The notes beneath the pieces were generated by a model. The model made no database searches, was not told the origin of the DNA, and saw only the letters and a program-made list of their open reading frames with translations. This document shows, one piece after another, positions 17,682 through 29,970 of a stretch of 64,000 nucleotides of DNA. How positions within the stretch are numbered: position 1 is the stretch's first letter; the number at the start of each line of letters is the position of its first letter. The DNA is from Actinomycetota bacterium (GTDB lineage Bacteria; Actinomycetota; Actinomycetes; S36-B12): NCBI GenBank assembly GCA_016870195.1, contig VGCC01000005.1:19126-83125 (forward strand), read 5' to 3'. The position numbers were made by a program, and so were the translations under genes.

Positions 17682-18674
17682 ATGGAGCTGAACCTCGGCG
17701 TCTGGGCCATCACGATTGGCGCGCTTGCCATCCTGATTCTGATGGATTTCGTGATCGTGTCGCGAAAGCCCCACGAGGTGCGCTTCGGGGAGGCATTGGG
17801 CTGGTCGATCTTCTACATCGTCGTGGCTATCGCCTTCGGTATTGGGGTGTGGCTTTGGCAGGGGAGCGATTTCGGCACCCAGTACTTCACGGCGTACCTG
17901 GTCGAGAAGTCACTGTCCGTCGACAACCTATTCGTGTTCATCATCATCCTGACCCAGTTTGCAGTCCCGAGCAATCTTCACCAGCGGGTTCTGCTGGTCG
18001 GGGTGGTCCTGGCCCTGGTGATGCGGGCCATCTTCATCGCCATCGGCGCGGCCGCGCTGGCCGCCTTCGCCTTCACGTTTGTGATCTTCGGGGCAATTCT
18101 CATCTGGACGGGTATCCAATTGATGCGGCACCGCAACGAGGATCCCGACCCAATGGACAATCCCGTGATTCGACTCGTGCGCCGCAAGCTGCCTTTCACG
18201 GACGACTACGACGGAACGAAGCTGTTCACCACGGTCGCTGGGGCTCGAGTCGCGACTCCGCTGCTCTTCGTCATGATCGCGATTGGAGCCACCGACCTTC
18301 TTTTCGCCCTCGACTCAATCCCTGCCACCTTCGGGGTGACACAGGAGCCCTATCTGGTTTTCACCGCGAACGCATTCGCGCTGCTGGGTCTGCGTGCGTT
18401 GTACTTCCTGCTCCGGGGTCTACTCGACAAACTAGTCTACCTTTCGACGGGCCTGTCGGTGATCTTGATCTTCATCGGATTCAAGTTGGTTTTGACCTAC
18501 TTCCACGAGGTGTTCCCGGACTCCGTGCCCAAGATCCCCACCAATGTCTCCCTGGGCGTGATCATCGGTGTGCTGATCATCGTAGGTATCACTTCCTACC
18601 TGAAGGTGCGAAAAGACCCGACGGCTGTGGCGCACGCCGGTCGGATGACCGGGTCGAAGGAGCGTACCGACTAG
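17682..18674 (+). CDS. TerC family integral membrane protein (paralogue 2)
   Basis: It shows EKSLSVDNLFVF and DLLFALDSIPATFGVT and is clearly paralogous to the upstream gene. Confidence 0.9.
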   Translation: MELNLGVWAITIGALAILILMDFVIVSRKPHEVRFGEALGWSIFYIVVAIAFGIGVWLWQGSDFGTQYFTAYLVEKSLSVDNLFVFIIILTQFAVPSNLHQRVLLVGVVLALVMRAIFIAIGAAALAAFAFTFVIFGAILIWTGIQLMRHRNEDPDPMDNPVIRLVRRKLPFTDDYDGTKLFTTVAGARVATPLLFVMIAIGATDLLFALDSIPATFGVTQEPYLVFTANAFALLGLRALYFLLRGLLDKLVYLSTGLSVILIFIGFKLVLTYFHEVFPDSVPKIPTNVSLGVIIGVLIIVGITSYLKVRKDPTAVAHAGRMTGSKERTD

Positions 18675-18676
18675 GG

Positions 18677-18946
18677 CTATTCCGCCTCGTGAAGTAGTTC
18701 GCGATCGCAGCGACGCAACGCGGCTTGGGTGACAAGTGTCCCCGCTCCGAAGATGAGCACGGGCAGCAGCCAGGTGAGCAGCCAGGTCAGACGCACGTCA
18801 ACATCCCCGGAGAAGGAGTTGACGACACCGAAGAGCACCCATCCGACGACGATTCCCCAGATCACGGTCCCGGCAACCCACAGCTGCCGTCTCTTTCGGA
18901 GTCCATCGCGCTTGCGCAGGAGGGCCAGTTCACGTGATTCCTTCAT
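18677..18946 (-). CDS. small hypothetical membrane protein (2 predicted TM segments)
   Basis: This 89-aa ORF has a basic N-terminus and two hydrophobic spans. It fills a gap that is otherwise empty. I recognise no family. Confidence 0.5.
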   Translation of the reverse strand: MKESRELALLRKRDGLRKRRQLWVAGTVIWGIVVGWVLFGVVNSFSGDVDVRLTWLLTWLLPVLIFGAGTLVTQAALRRCDRELLHEAE

Positions 18947-18958
18947 GGGCGAAGCATG

Positions 18959-19609
18959 TCACCAGCGGCGCGCACGCCATTGCCCCAGGTGCGGCCTTTC
19001 CACGCCGAGTGTGGTGTCGTCGCCGTGGCCCGGGTACACCCAGGTGGTATCGGGAAGACGGCCGAACACCCTTTCCTCGACGTCCCCGATGAGGAGGTCG
19101 AAGTCCTCAGGAGACCACGTCTTGCCGACCCCGCCGGGGAAAAGGGAGTCACCGGTGAAGAGGTGGGTATGACCGGCAGGGTCGTCGTATAGCAGGGCGA
19201 TGGATCCCGGGGTGTGCCCGCGCAGGTGCAGTGCTTGCAACGTGATGTCCCCGAAGGTCAGGCGATCCCCATCCGCAAGTGGGTGCGTGGTGGCTACGGG
19301 AAGTGCCTCCATGTCCTCGATACCCGCGTATGTCGGTGCTCCCGTTGCCGCGACGACGTCGGCCAGGGCCCCCCAGTGGTCCGCATGGCGGTGGGTGGTG
19401 ACGATGCCGGTCAGTCCATCGGGCCCGATGAGTTCGAGGATCCGCGAGGGCTCAGCCGCCGCATCCACGAGGAGTTGATGCCCGGTGGTTCTGCAGCGCA
19501 GTAGGTAGGTGTTGTTGTTCATGGGTCCTACGGCGAGCTTGCTGATGATCAGCGAGGTCAACTCGTGGACGGCAGCCGGACCGCCTACGCTGACCCGGCC
19601 TGAGTACAT
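18959..19609 (-). CDS. MBL-fold metallo-hydrolase (glyoxalase II-like)
   Basis: It carries the HxHxDH motif (THRHADHWG) and a later GHTPGS. It sits next to uvrA, as Rv1637c does. Confidence 0.88.
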   Translation of the reverse strand: MYSGRVSVGGPAAVHELTSLIISKLAVGPMNNNTYLLRCRTTGHQLLVDAAAEPSRILELIGPDGLTGIVTTHRHADHWGALADVVAATGAPTYAGIEDMEALPVATTHPLADGDRLTFGDITLQALHLRGHTPGSIALLYDDPAGHTHLFTGDSLFPGGVGKTWSPEDFDLLIGDVEERVFGRLPDTTWVYPGHGDDTTLGVERPHLGQWRARRW

Positions 19610-19640
19610 GACGGCAGGCTAGCGACATGGGAGCGGCAAC

Positions 19641-22502
19641 GTGAGTGACCGACTCGTCGTTCGTGGCGCACGGGAACACAATCTGAAGGACGTGTCCCTC
19701 GATCTGCCCCGGGATGCGCTCATCGTCTTCACCGGGCTCTCGGGCTCGGGAAAGTCCTCGCTGGCATTCGACACGATCTTCGCGGAGGGCCAGCGTCGGT
19801 ACGTCGAAAGTCTCTCGGCATACGCGCGGCAGTTCCTCGGACAGATGGACAAGCCCGATGTGGACTTCATCGAGGGCCTCTCGCCGGCGGTGTCCATCGA
19901 CCAGAAGTCGACTTCCCGCAACCCGCGCTCCACCGTCGGGACGATCACCGAGGTCTACGACTACCTGCGACTCCTCTTCGCACGCATCGGCCATCCCCAT
20001 TGCCCTGAGTGCGGTGATCCGATTGCCCGGCAGACCCCGCAACAGATCGTCGATCAGGTCCTCGAGCTTCCGGCGAAGACCAGGTTCCAGGTGCTTGCTC
20101 CCGTAGTACGAGAACGCAAGGGGGAGTATCAGGACCTCTTCCGGCAACTCCAGTTCCAGGGTTTCTCCCGGGTCAGGGTGGATGGAGTGGTGCATGCGCT
20201 GGCCGAGGTGCCCACCCTGAAGAAGCAGGAGAAGCACACGATCGAGGTGGTGGTCGATCGACTCACGGTGTCTGCGGAGTCCCGGCAGCGGTTGACCGAC
20301 TCGATCGAGACGGCGCTGGGACTCGGACACGGGTACGTCATTCTGGAGTTCGTCGACCGTGAAGACGATGCACGGGAGGTGACCTACTCCGAGCACCTCG
20401 CGTGTCCGCGTGATGGTTTGTCCTTCGAAGAGCTTGAGCCGCGGTCCTTCTCATTCAACTCACCGTTCGGAGCGTGTCCCGAGTGCACGGGATTGGGCAC
20501 CACCCGTGAAGTGGACGCGGAGTTGGTGATCCCGGATCCGGACCTGAGCCTTTCCGAGGGTGCGATCGCCGTGTGGTCCCGAGGTCAGGTATCGGACTAC
20601 TTCGCCCGCCTCCTCGCCGCGGTGAGTGAGGAATTGGGAATCGACATGGACACTCCATGGCGCAAACTCCCGTCACGGGCGCGCCGCGCCCTCCTCGAGG
20701 GGCATCCCACAGAGGTGCACGTTCGATACCGCAACCGCTACGGACGGCAGCGGTCGTACTACACCGTGTACGAGGGAGTGGTGCCCTACATCAAGCGGCG
20801 GCACGAGGAGAGCGAATCAGACTCGGCGCGCGAGCGCTTCGAGGGCTACATGCGCGAGATCCCCTGTCCGGTCTGCGAAGGGACGCGGCTGAAACCGCTG
20901 TCGCTCTCGGTGACCATCGCGGACCACTCGATCGCGCAGATCGCTGCGTTGCCCATCGGCGATGCTGCCCGATTCCTCAGCGGGCTGGAACTGAGCGCCC
21001 GCGAGGCCACCATTGCAGCGCGCGTCCTCAAGGAGGTCAACGAGCGCCTTCGATTCCTCGTCGACGTCGGCTTGGACTACCTCTCGCTCGACCGGGCCTC
21101 GGCGACGCTCGCAGGAGGAGAGGCGCAACGCATCCGCCTTGCGACCCAGATCGGGTCGGGATTGGTCGGTGTCCTCTACGTCCTCGACGAGCCGAGCATC
21201 GGACTCCACCAACGCGATAACCATCGACTGATCGAGACCCTCGTCCGTCTCCGCGACCTGGGGAACACCCTCATCGTTGTCGAACACGATGAAGACACCA
21301 TCAGGACGGCCGACTGGGTGGTGGATATCGGCCCCGGCGCCGGTGAGCACGGCGGTCAGATCGTGGTGAGTGGTCCGGTTGAGGACCTACTTCGGAATCC
21401 CGAGTCGATGACCGGCCAATACCTCACAGGATCGCGCTCTATCGACGTCCCCACCGTGCGGCGACCTCAGATGCAGGGAGAGATCACCGTCCACGGTGCC
21501 CGAGAGCACAACTTGCAGGACGTCACCGTTGCTTTCCCCTTGGGGAACCTCGTCGCTGTGACCGGGGTTTCCGGATCCGGGAAGTCGACGCTGGTCAATG
21601 ACATCCTCTACTCGGTCCTGGCACGTGAACTGAACGGGGCACGGATCGTTCCCGGGAAACACGTCAAGGTCACCGGAATGGAGAGCCTGGACAAGGTCGT
21701 GCACGTCGACCAGAGTCCGATCGGGCGCACGCCTCGATCGAATCCGGCGACCTACACGGGTGTGTTCGACCACATCCGCAAGCTGTTCGCCGAGACTCCC
21801 GAGGCCAAGGTCCGCGGATACCAGCAGGGGCGCTTCTCCTTCAACGTCAAGGGTGGCCGCTGCGAGGCGTGCGCGGGTGACGGGACGATCAGGATCGAGA
21901 TGAACTTCCTTCCAGATGTGTACGTGCCATGCGAGGTATGCCACGGAGCCCGGTACAACCGGGAGACCCTTGAGGTGCATTACAAGGGCAAGACGATCTC
22001 GCAGGTCCTCGATATGCCGATCGAGGAGGGGCTCGAATTTTTCGAGAACATCCCGCCGATCGCCCGGCATCTGCGCACCCTGGTGGACGTCGGGCTGGGT
22101 TACGTCCGACTCGGGCAATCGGCACCCACGCTCTCGGGCGGTGAGGCGCAGCGTGTGAAGTTGGCAGCCGAATTGCAGAAACGCGCCACGGGTCGAACCG
22201 TGTACGTCCTCGATGAGCCAACCACCGGGCTTCACTTCGAAGACATCAGGAAGCTCCTCGGTGTCCTTCAATCACTCGTCGATCGGGGGAATACCGTGAT
22301 CGTCATCGAGCACAATCTGGATGTCATCAAGACCGCGGACTGGGTCATCGATATGGGGCCCGAAGGTGGCTCGGGCGGCGGCACGGTTGTGGCCACGGGA
22401 ACCCCGGAGGACATCGTCGGCCATGGGGGAAGCCACACCGGGTCCTTCCTCGCCGAGATGGTCCCCAACAGGAGGAAGCCGCACCGTAAGGTCAAGGCGT
22501 GA
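19641..22502 (+). CDS. uvrA: excinuclease ABC subunit A
   Basis: It has two ABC modules ([33 protein letters not shown] twice) and zinc-finger cysteines ([19 protein letters not shown]). Confidence 0.98.
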   Translation: MSDRLVVRGAREHNLKDVSLDLPRDALIVFTGLSGSGKSSLAFDTIFAEGQRRYVESLSAYARQFLGQMDKPDVDFIEGLSPAVSIDQKSTSRNPRSTVGTITEVYDYLRLLFARIGHPHCPECGDPIARQTPQQIVDQVLELPAKTRFQVLAPVVRERKGEYQDLFRQLQFQGFSRVRVDGVVHALAEVPTLKKQEKHTIEVVVDRLTVSAESRQRLTDSIETALGLGHGYVILEFVDREDDAREVTYSEHLACPRDGLSFEELEPRSFSFNSPFGACPECTGLGTTREVDAELVIPDPDLSLSEGAIAVWSRGQVSDYFARLLAAVSEELGIDMDTPWRKLPSRARRALLEGHPTEVHVRYRNRYGRQRSYYTVYEGVVPYIKRRHEESESDSARERFEGYMREIPCPVCEGTRLKPLSLSVTIADHSIAQIAALPIGDAARFLSGLELSAREATIAARVLKEVNERLRFLVDVGLDYLSLDRASATLAGGEAQRIRLATQIGSGLVGVLYVLDEPSIGLHQRDNHRLIETLVRLRDLGNTLIVVEHDEDTIRTADWVVDIGPGAGEHGGQIVVSGPVEDLLRNPESMTGQYLTGSRSIDVPTVRRPQMQGEITVHGAREHNLQDVTVAFPLGNLVAVTGVSGSGKSTLVNDILYSVLARELNGARIVPGKHVKVTGMESLDKVVHVDQSPIGRTPRSNPATYTGVFDHIRKLFAETPEAKVRGYQQGRFSFNVKGGRCEACAGDGTIRIEMNFLPDVYVPCEVCHGARYNRETLEVHYKGKTISQVLDMPIEEGLEFFENIPPIARHLRTLVDVGLGYVRLGQSAPTLSGGEAQRVKLAAELQKRATGRTVYVLDEPTTGLHFEDIRKLLGVLQSLVDRGNTVIVIEHNLDVIKTADWVIDMGPEGGSGGGTVVATGTPEDIVGHGGSHTGSFLAEMVPNRRKPHRKVKA

Positions 22503-22514
22503 TGGAATGAGCAC

Positions 22515-22955
22515 ATGGTTGCTGTGAATCGACGGGAAGTCCTGGCCACCGGCGGCATCGTCGCCGCTGCCACGGTGGTTGCTGCCTGCTCATCTGGGGG
22601 AACCGGCATGACGGGGGAGCCCGCCGAGAGCCCGCTGGCCACCGCGGACGCGGGGCAGGCGAGTCCGACCGGCGCCCTGGCTGCGATTGCCGACATTCCG
22701 GTCGGCGGCGGAGTCGTCGTTCCGGAGCCTCCGATCGTGATCGTCCAGCCGACGGAGGGTGCGATCCTCGGCTACACGGCCGTGTGCCCCCATCAGGGTT
22801 GCCTGGTCTCCGAAGTGGTCGACAATCAGATCATCTGCCCATGTCACCAGTCCTATTTCTCCGCGGAGGATGGGGCAGTTATCTCGGGGCCCGCCACGAC
22901 CGGGTTGGCCAGCGCCGACGTACAGATCGACGGCGACTTCGTCGTTCTCGGCTAA
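22515..22955 (+). CDS. Rieske [2Fe-2S] domain protein with a Tat-like signal and lipobox
   Basis: The N-terminus reads NRREVLATGGIVAAATVVAAC|SSG. The Rieske ligands are CPHQGC and CPCH. Confidence 0.85.
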   Translation: MVAVNRREVLATGGIVAAATVVAACSSGGTGMTGEPAESPLATADAGQASPTGALAAIADIPVGGGVVVPEPPIVIVQPTEGAILGYTAVCPHQGCLVSEVVDNQIICPCHQSYFSAEDGAVISGPATTGLASADVQIDGDFVVLG

Positions 22956-22958
22956 TAC

Positions 22959-24815
22959 GTGACGGATCCGTCGGAGTATCGGCCCGACCCGGGGTCGGTG
23001 CCGGTGACTCCGGGGGTCTACCGATTCCGCGATCCATCAGGCCGGGTGGTCTACGTCGGAAAGGCGAAGAACCTTCGATCCCGGGTGAATTCGTACTTCT
23101 CGGACTTCAGCGCTCTGCATCCACGAACCCAGTCGATGCTCACCACGGCGGCATCGGTCGACTGGGTCACCGTGGCCAACGAGGTCGAGGCGCTCACCCT
23201 CGAGTACGCCTGGATCAAGGAGTTCGATCCCCGATTCAACGTCCGGTACCGCGACGACAAGTCCTACCCCTTTCTCGCCGTCACCGTCGCAGAGACGTGG
23301 CCGCGAGTGTCGATCGTGCGCGAGGCCAAGCGCAAGGGGACGCACTACTTCGGACCCTATGCGCATGCCTGGGCGATTCGGGACACGCTGGAACAGCTCA
23401 CGAAGATCTTCCCCGTCCGCACCTGCCGCGATGGGGTGTTCCGCCGCGCGGCGCAGGCGGGGCGGCCGTGCCTGCTCGGGTTTATCGGCCGCTGTAGCGC
23501 GCCATGCGTGGGTCGGATCAGCGAGTCCGACTATCGGAAACTTGTCGACGACCTGGAGAGATTCTTGAAGGGAGACGCCGACCGCTACGTTCGCGAGGCG
23601 CGTCTGGCGATGGAGTCTGCGTCCGCTCAGCAGGATTACGAGGAGGCCGCGAAGTGGCGTGACCGTCTCGGTGCACTTGAGCACGTCCTTGAGCGAAACT
23701 CCGTCGTACTGCCCGATGCAACGGATGCCGATGTGATCGGCCTTGTGAGCGAAGCCTTGCACGTGGGCGTCGAGGTCTTCCACGTGAGGTCGGGGCGACT
23801 CGTGGGTGAACGAGGTTTCGTGGTAGAGCGGACGGAGGATCTCGACGAGTCCGGCTACGCGGAGCGGGTGCTCCAGCGTCTCTATGGTGGAACGGACGAC
23901 TCCGCTGCCGTTCCACGCGAGGTCCTCATGAGCGTGCTCCCGTCGGATTCTGGCACTGTGGAGCAGTGGCTGAACGGCGTGCGGGGGAGTTCGGTTTCGT
24001 TACGGATCCCGCAACGGGGAGATAAGGCCGCGTTGCTGGCAACCGCGGAGACGAATGCGCGGAACACCCTGGCGCGCTACACAGCCAAGCGGAGCACGGA
24101 CCTCACAGCGCGCACCCAGGCTCTCCAGGAAATCCAGAATGCATTGGAGATGAGGGAATCCCCCCTGCGCATCGAATGCGTCGATGTCTCCACCCTCCAA
24201 GGGTCAGACACTGTCGCGTCCGTCGTCGTCTTCGAGGATGCGCTTCCCAAGAAGTCTGATTACCGCACCTTTCGTATCCGCACGGAAGGTGCGGACGATC
24301 TCACGGCGGTGTCGGAGGTGGTTCGCCGTCGGTTCCGCACGGAGGCGGATCGCGAGGATGGGCGCTATCCCACATCGCTCCTGGTCATCGATGGCGGACC
24401 TGCGCAGGCACGCGCGGCCCGCGATGCGCTCCGAGAGGTGGGCATGGATCGGATTCCGGTTGTGGGTCTGGCGAAGCGCATGGAGGAGGTGTGGCTCCCC
24501 GACGATCCCCAACCGGTCATCCTGTCGCGGTCGAGCGAGGCGTTGTATCTCCTGCAGCGGATTCGCGATGAAGCGCACCGCGTGGCGGTGACCTTTCATC
24601 GCAGGCGCCGAGGTGGACGTGTCAGCGAGAGCGCATTGGACACCATCCCGGGTCTGGGCCCGCAACGTAGGTCCGCGCTTCTGCGCCACTTTGGTTCCGT
24701 GGCCGTGATTCGAGCTGCCGAGCCGTCTGAGATCGCTGCCGTTCCGGGCATCGGCAGCACACTGGCCCAGGTGATCGTGCAGGCGCTAGCGTCGGAGGGT
24801 GACCGCGGTGAGTAG
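22959..24815 (+). CDS. uvrC: excinuclease ABC subunit C
   Basis: It has a GIY-YIG domain (GVYRFRD...VVYVGKAKNLRSRV), a UVR domain, and a C-terminal (HhH)2 segment (IPGLGPQRRSALL...VPGIG). Confidence 0.97.
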   Translation: MTDPSEYRPDPGSVPVTPGVYRFRDPSGRVVYVGKAKNLRSRVNSYFSDFSALHPRTQSMLTTAASVDWVTVANEVEALTLEYAWIKEFDPRFNVRYRDDKSYPFLAVTVAETWPRVSIVREAKRKGTHYFGPYAHAWAIRDTLEQLTKIFPVRTCRDGVFRRAAQAGRPCLLGFIGRCSAPCVGRISESDYRKLVDDLERFLKGDADRYVREARLAMESASAQQDYEEAAKWRDRLGALEHVLERNSVVLPDATDADVIGLVSEALHVGVEVFHVRSGRLVGERGFVVERTEDLDESGYAERVLQRLYGGTDDSAAVPREVLMSVLPSDSGTVEQWLNGVRGSSVSLRIPQRGDKAALLATAETNARNTLARYTAKRSTDLTARTQALQEIQNALEMRESPLRIECVDVSTLQGSDTVASVVVFEDALPKKSDYRTFRIRTEGADDLTAVSEVVRRRFRTEADREDGRYPTSLLVIDGGPAQARAARDALREVGMDRIPVVGLAKRMEEVWLPDDPQPVILSRSSEALYLLQRIRDEAHRVAVTFHRRRRGGRVSESALDTIPGLGPQRRSALLRHFGSVAVIRAAEPSEIAAVPGIGSTLAQVIVQALASEGDRGE

Positions 24816-25686
24816 TGGATCGGATGAGCATTCGATCGAGTTGACCATCGTGACCGGGATGTCGGGTGCGGGACGCACCACAGCTGCTCGAGCCCTCGAG
24901 GACCTGGGGTGGTTCGTCATCGACAACATCCCCCCGAGCCTGCTCGCGCCCGCCGTGGACCTTGCTCGAAAGTCGACGGACGTGCACAAGGTCGCCGTCG
25001 TGGTCGATGCACGCGGTGGGTCGTTCTTCGCGCGTTTCCGTCAGGCGCTGGCGGAGCTTCCATCGGCCGGAATCACTAAGAGCCTGGTATTCCTCGAGGC
25101 GAGTGATGAGTCGCTCGTCCGACGCTTCGAGAGCTCGCGCCGCCCCCATCCGTTGCAGCGTGGCGCCCGGATCCTCGATGGCTTGGAGCGAGAACGAGAA
25201 GTGCTTGGTGATCTTCGCGCAATGGCGGACCTCGTCATCGACACCACGAACCTGAATGTCCACGACCTCCGCAGGAGGATCGAAGACGCATTCTCCGGTG
25301 CAGATGCTCCACTTCTTCGCCTGACAGTGATGAGTTTCGGATTCAAGTACGGGATCCCCGTGGACGCAGACATGGTCTTCGATGCGCGTTTCCTGCCCAA
25401 CCCCTACTGGGATGAAGACCTGCGCCCCCTATCGGGAATGGATCAGGCGGTGGCCTCCCGTGTCCTGGGGGAGGCGGGCGCGCACGCCTTCGTATCCCAT
25501 GTCATCTCCCTAGTGGAGACCGTGCGTGATGGCTACATCCGCGAGGGCAAGCGATTCGGAACCGTGGCACTCGGGTGCACCGGTGGCAAGCACCGCAGCG
25601 TCGCACTGGTTGAGGAAATCGTGGATCGTCTGGATTCAGTCGGGATCGACGCCGTCCCGGTGCACCGCGATCTTGGGCGCGAATGA
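24799..25686 (+). CDS. rapZ: RNase adapter protein RapZ (YvcJ family P-loop protein)
   Basis: It shows GMSGAGRTTAARALEDLG and the C-terminal CTGGKHRSV motif. The GTG start overlaps the end of uvrC. Confidence 0.93.
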   Translation: MTAVSSGSDEHSIELTIVTGMSGAGRTTAARALEDLGWFVIDNIPPSLLAPAVDLARKSTDVHKVAVVVDARGGSFFARFRQALAELPSAGITKSLVFLEASDESLVRRFESSRRPHPLQRGARILDGLEREREVLGDLRAMADLVIDTTNLNVHDLRRRIEDAFSGADAPLLRLTVMSFGFKYGIPVDADMVFDARFLPNPYWDEDLRPLSGMDQAVASRVLGEAGAHAFVSHVISLVETVRDGYIREGKRFGTVALGCTGGKHRSVALVEEIVDRLDSVGIDAVPVHRDLGRE

Positions 25687-26708
25687 GTCCTCGCGGGAGG
25701 ACTGCGCCCGGCAGTGATCAAGCTGGGCCCGCCGTGGTCGCGCTCGGTGGCGGCCACGGTTTAGCCTCGACCCTGGAGGCGCTGCGGCGCGTCACGGATC
25801 GGATCACCGCGGTCGTGACCGTCGCAGATGATGGGGGCTCGAGTGGCCGCCTGCGCGAAGAGTTCGGTGTCATTCCACCGGGGGACTTACGCATGGCCCT
25901 GGCTGCCCTCTGCGGGGACGACACGTGGGGTCGAACGTGGGAGCGGGTGATCCAGCACCGCTTCACCAGTGAGGGACCCCTCAACGGTCACGCTCTCGGG
26001 AACCTGTTGATCACCGCACTTTGGCAAACCACCTCGGGCCCGGTGGAGGGGTTGGATTGGGTGGCCGCCCTGTTGGAGGCTCAGGGGCGAGTGTTGCCGA
26101 GCACGACGCAGCCTTTGGAGATCATCGCCCAGATACGTGGGCACGACGAGGGGCGTCCCGACTCACTCGTGCAGGTGGTTGGTCAGGTGGCGGTCGCGGG
26201 AACCCCGGGGCGGGTCGAACAGATCGACGTCATCCCCTCGGACGCTCCGGCATGCCCCGAGTCCCTCGCCGCCATCCTTGATGCAGATGCTGTGATTCTC
26301 GGACCGGGATCCTGGTTTACGTCCGTGATGCCACACCTGATGATCGCGGACCTGCGCTCGGCGATCATCGAATCCCCAGCGGCGAAGGTCCTGGTGGTCA
26401 ACCTCAACCCCCAGCCGGGTGAGACGTCGGATTTCTCCGCGCACGCACATCTGGAGGACCTGCATGCGAGGTTCCCCGATATTCAGCTCGACTGGGTGGT
26501 GGCCGATCCCGTGCACGTGGAAAGTCTCGATGCCCTCCGGGGCAGGGCCTCCGAAGTCGGAGCACAGGTCTTCCTCGCCGATGTGGCGGCAGGCAGATGG
26601 GAACCTGGACAGCACGACCCACAGCGGTTGGCGGTTGCATTCGACAGCGTCCTAGGCTTGCGCCGGTCACCAGACGAGAGCGAGGACGTGCGATTTCCAT
26701 GGCGATGA
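25683..26708 (+). CDS. yvcK: YvcK/CuvA family gluconeogenesis factor (CofD-like)
   Basis: It shows [22 protein letters not shown] and PGDLR, and lies in the rapZ-yvcK-whiA synteny. Confidence 0.92.
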   Translation: MSPRGRTAPGSDQAGPAVVALGGGHGLASTLEALRRVTDRITAVVTVADDGGSSGRLREEFGVIPPGDLRMALAALCGDDTWGRTWERVIQHRFTSEGPLNGHALGNLLITALWQTTSGPVEGLDWVAALLEAQGRVLPSTTQPLEIIAQIRGHDEGRPDSLVQVVGQVAVAGTPGRVEQIDVIPSDAPACPESLAAILDADAVILGPGSWFTSVMPHLMIADLRSAIIESPAAKVLVVNLNPQPGETSDFSAHAHLEDLHARFPDIQLDWVVADPVHVESLDALRGRASEVGAQVFLADVAAGRWEPGQHDPQRLAVAFDSVLGLRRSPDESEDVRFPWR

Positions 26709-27685
26709 CCAGCTCCGTCAAGGACGAATTGAGTCGGGTCGAGGTCACGAAGGTCTGTTGCCGCAAGGCTGAGGTATCGACGATCCTCCGATTCGCGAGT
26801 GGACTCCACATCGTCAGCGGGAAGATCGTCGTGGAGGCCGATGTCGATACCGGCGCCACCGCCCGTCGCCTGCGCAAGGACATCTTAGACATCTACGGCC
26901 ATCAAGCGGATATCACCATGGTCCAGGGGAGCGGTATCCGGAAGGGCACGCGGTACCTCGTGCGTGTGGTCTCAGGTGGCGAGGCCCTCGCAAAGCAGAC
27001 CGGCATCGTCGATGGGTCGGGACGGCCCGTCCGTGGACTGCCGCCGGCGATAGTGTCCGGAGGTCTCTGCGACTGCGAATCTGCGTGGCGTGGGGCCTTC
27101 CTCGCACACGGCTCCCTCACCGAACCGGGACGATCCAGTTCTCTGGAAGTCACGGCCCCCGGGCCCGAGGCCGCGCTCGCCCTCGTCGGCGCCGCGAGGC
27201 GTCTCGGGATCGCGGCGAAGTCGCGCGAGGTGCGCGGAGTTGATCGGGTGGTGATCCGCGATGGTGATGCCATCGGTGCACTTCTCACTCGACTGGGGGC
27301 ACACGAATCGGTGCTGGCCTGGGAGGAGCGCCGCATGCGGCGCGAAGTCCGTGCCACTGCGAATCGTCTCGCAAACTTCGACGACGCGAACCTCCGCAGG
27401 TCGGCGCGCGCTGCCGTCGCGGCAGGTGCGAGGGTGCAACGTGCCCTCGAGATCCTCGGTGACGATGTCCCGGAACATTTGGTGACCGCGGGACGACTCC
27501 GGATCGAGCACCGGCAAGCGTCCTTGGAGGACCTTGGTGCGCTGGCCGACCCGCCCATGACCAAGGACGCGATTGCGGGCCGGATCCGCCGGCTTCTGGC
27601 CCTCGCCGACAAGCGTGCTTCCGACCTCGGAATCCCCGACACCGAGTCTGCGCTGGGACCTGATCTGGACGGTCAGGACAACTGA
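26699..27685 (+). CDS. whiA: DNA-binding sporulation/cell-division regulator WhiA
   Basis: It begins [14 protein letters not shown], has the degenerate LAGLIDADG-type segment [11 protein letters not shown], and ends in an HTH. I chose the ATG at 26699 rather than the longer track ORF. Confidence 0.93.
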   Translation: MAMTSSVKDELSRVEVTKVCCRKAEVSTILRFASGLHIVSGKIVVEADVDTGATARRLRKDILDIYGHQADITMVQGSGIRKGTRYLVRVVSGGEALAKQTGIVDGSGRPVRGLPPAIVSGGLCDCESAWRGAFLAHGSLTEPGRSSSLEVTAPGPEAALALVGAARRLGIAAKSREVRGVDRVVIRDGDAIGALLTRLGAHESVLAWEERRMRREVRATANRLANFDDANLRRSARAAVAAGARVQRALEILGDDVPEHLVTAGRLRIEHRQASLEDLGALADPPMTKDAIAGRIRRLLALADKRASDLGIPDTESALGPDLDGQDN

Positions 27686-27757
27686 GACCGAGGCAACATC
27701 CCCGTACGTTGCTCACTAGAATGTAAGCGTTATCTCCGGTGAAATCCGTCGTCATAG

Positions 27758-28777
<1,020 letters not shown>

Positions 28778-28779
28778 AC

Positions 28780-29970
28780 ATGCGGTCCCTCGACGATCTC
28801 GAGGTCGACGGGAAGCGGGTCCTCACCCGGGTCGACTTCAACGTGCCGCTGGGCACGGTGGATGGGCAGGTGACGATCAGCGACGATGGGCGCATCCGTG
28901 CTGCGCTACCTACCATCGAGTGGTTGCGCGCGCACGGAGCATCCGTGATCCTCGTCGCCCACCTGGGACGCCCCAAGGGAGTTCCGAAACAGGAACTCAG
29001 TCTTGCGCCGGTCGCAGCCCGGCTTGGGGAACTCCTCGGCACCCAGGTACCGCTGATCCGCCTCGAAGATCTCGGTTCGCTCACGCTCCAGGCAGGCGAA
29101 GTGGTCCTCGTCGAGAACATCCGCTTCGATTCCCGCGAGACAAGCAAGGATGCACAGGAGAGGCGGTCTCTGGCCCGCGAGCTCGCGTCGAATGCAGACC
29201 TCTTCGTCTCGGAGGGCTTCGGGGTCGTGCACCGGGAGCAAGCCAGCGTCACCGAGGTGGCGCAGGTGCTGCCCAATGCCGCCGGATGGCTCGTTGCCCG
29301 CGAAGCGCAGGTCTTCACGAGGATCCTGGAGCACCCCGATCGACCGTTCGTCGTGATCCTCGGGGGTGCGAAGGTCAGCGACAAACTCGGCGTCATCGGG
29401 AATCTGATCGCGCGGGTGGACCGCCTTTTGATCGGCGGTGGAATGGCCTACACCTTCCTGGCTGCGAAGGGGTATCCGACCGGGGACTCGATCGTCGAAC
29501 CTGATCAAGTTCCAACAGTTGCCGATTTCCTGCGCCAGGCTGCGGAGCGCGGTGTCGACGTGCTGCTTCCGGTCGACCTCGTCGTGGCCGATGCCTTCGC
29601 GGCTGATGCCACGGTGAAAGTGGTCCCGGCCGACCAGATCCCCGATGGCTGGCAGGGTCTCGACATCGGGCCGAGGACGCGGGAGATGTTCGCGGCTTCG
29701 ATCGCAGGCGCCGGCACCATCGTCTGGAACGGACCGGTGGGGGTGTTCGAAATGGCTCCCTTCGCCGCGGGCACTCGTTCCGTCGCGGAGGCCGTCGCCG
29801 GATGCCCTGGCTTCACCGTCATCGGGGGCGGCGATTCCGCCGCCGCGGTGCGGCAACTTGGCATCCCCGACGAGAACTTCGGCCACATCAGCACCGGGGG
29901 CGGAGCGAGCCTTGAGTTCCTCGAGGGCCGTACGCTGCCGGGACTCTCGGTATTGGAGACCCATGACTGA
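28780..29970 (+). CDS. pgk: phosphoglycerate kinase
   Basis: It begins [24 protein letters not shown] and contains GGGDSAAAV. The track ORF start at 28228 is an out-of-context extension across gap. Confidence 0.97.
   Translation: MRSLDDLEVDGKRVLTRVDFNVPLGTVDGQVTISDDGRIRAALPTIEWLRAHGASVILVAHLGRPKGVPKQELSLAPVAARLGELLGTQVPLIRLEDLGSLTLQAGEVVLVENIRFDSRETSKDAQERRSLARELASNADLFVSEGFGVVHREQASVTEVAQVLPNAAGWLVAREAQVFTRILEHPDRPFVVILGGAKVSDKLGVIGNLIARVDRLLIGGGMAYTFLAAKGYPTGDSIVEPDQVPTVADFLRQAAERGVDVLLPVDLVVADAFAADATVKVVPADQIPDGWQGLDIGPRTREMFAASIAGAGTIVWNGPVGVFEMAPFAAGTRSVAEAVAGCPGFTVIGGGDSAAAVRQLGIPDENFGHISTGGGASLEFLEGRTLPGLSVLETHD

Noticed and set aside
16640-17700. I looked for a yybP-ykoY (Mn) riboswitch or another leader RNA upstream of either TerC gene.
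   Set aside because: The first TerC start overlaps the uvrB stop, and the second has only a 31-nt spacer. There is no room for an aptamer of about 100 nt.
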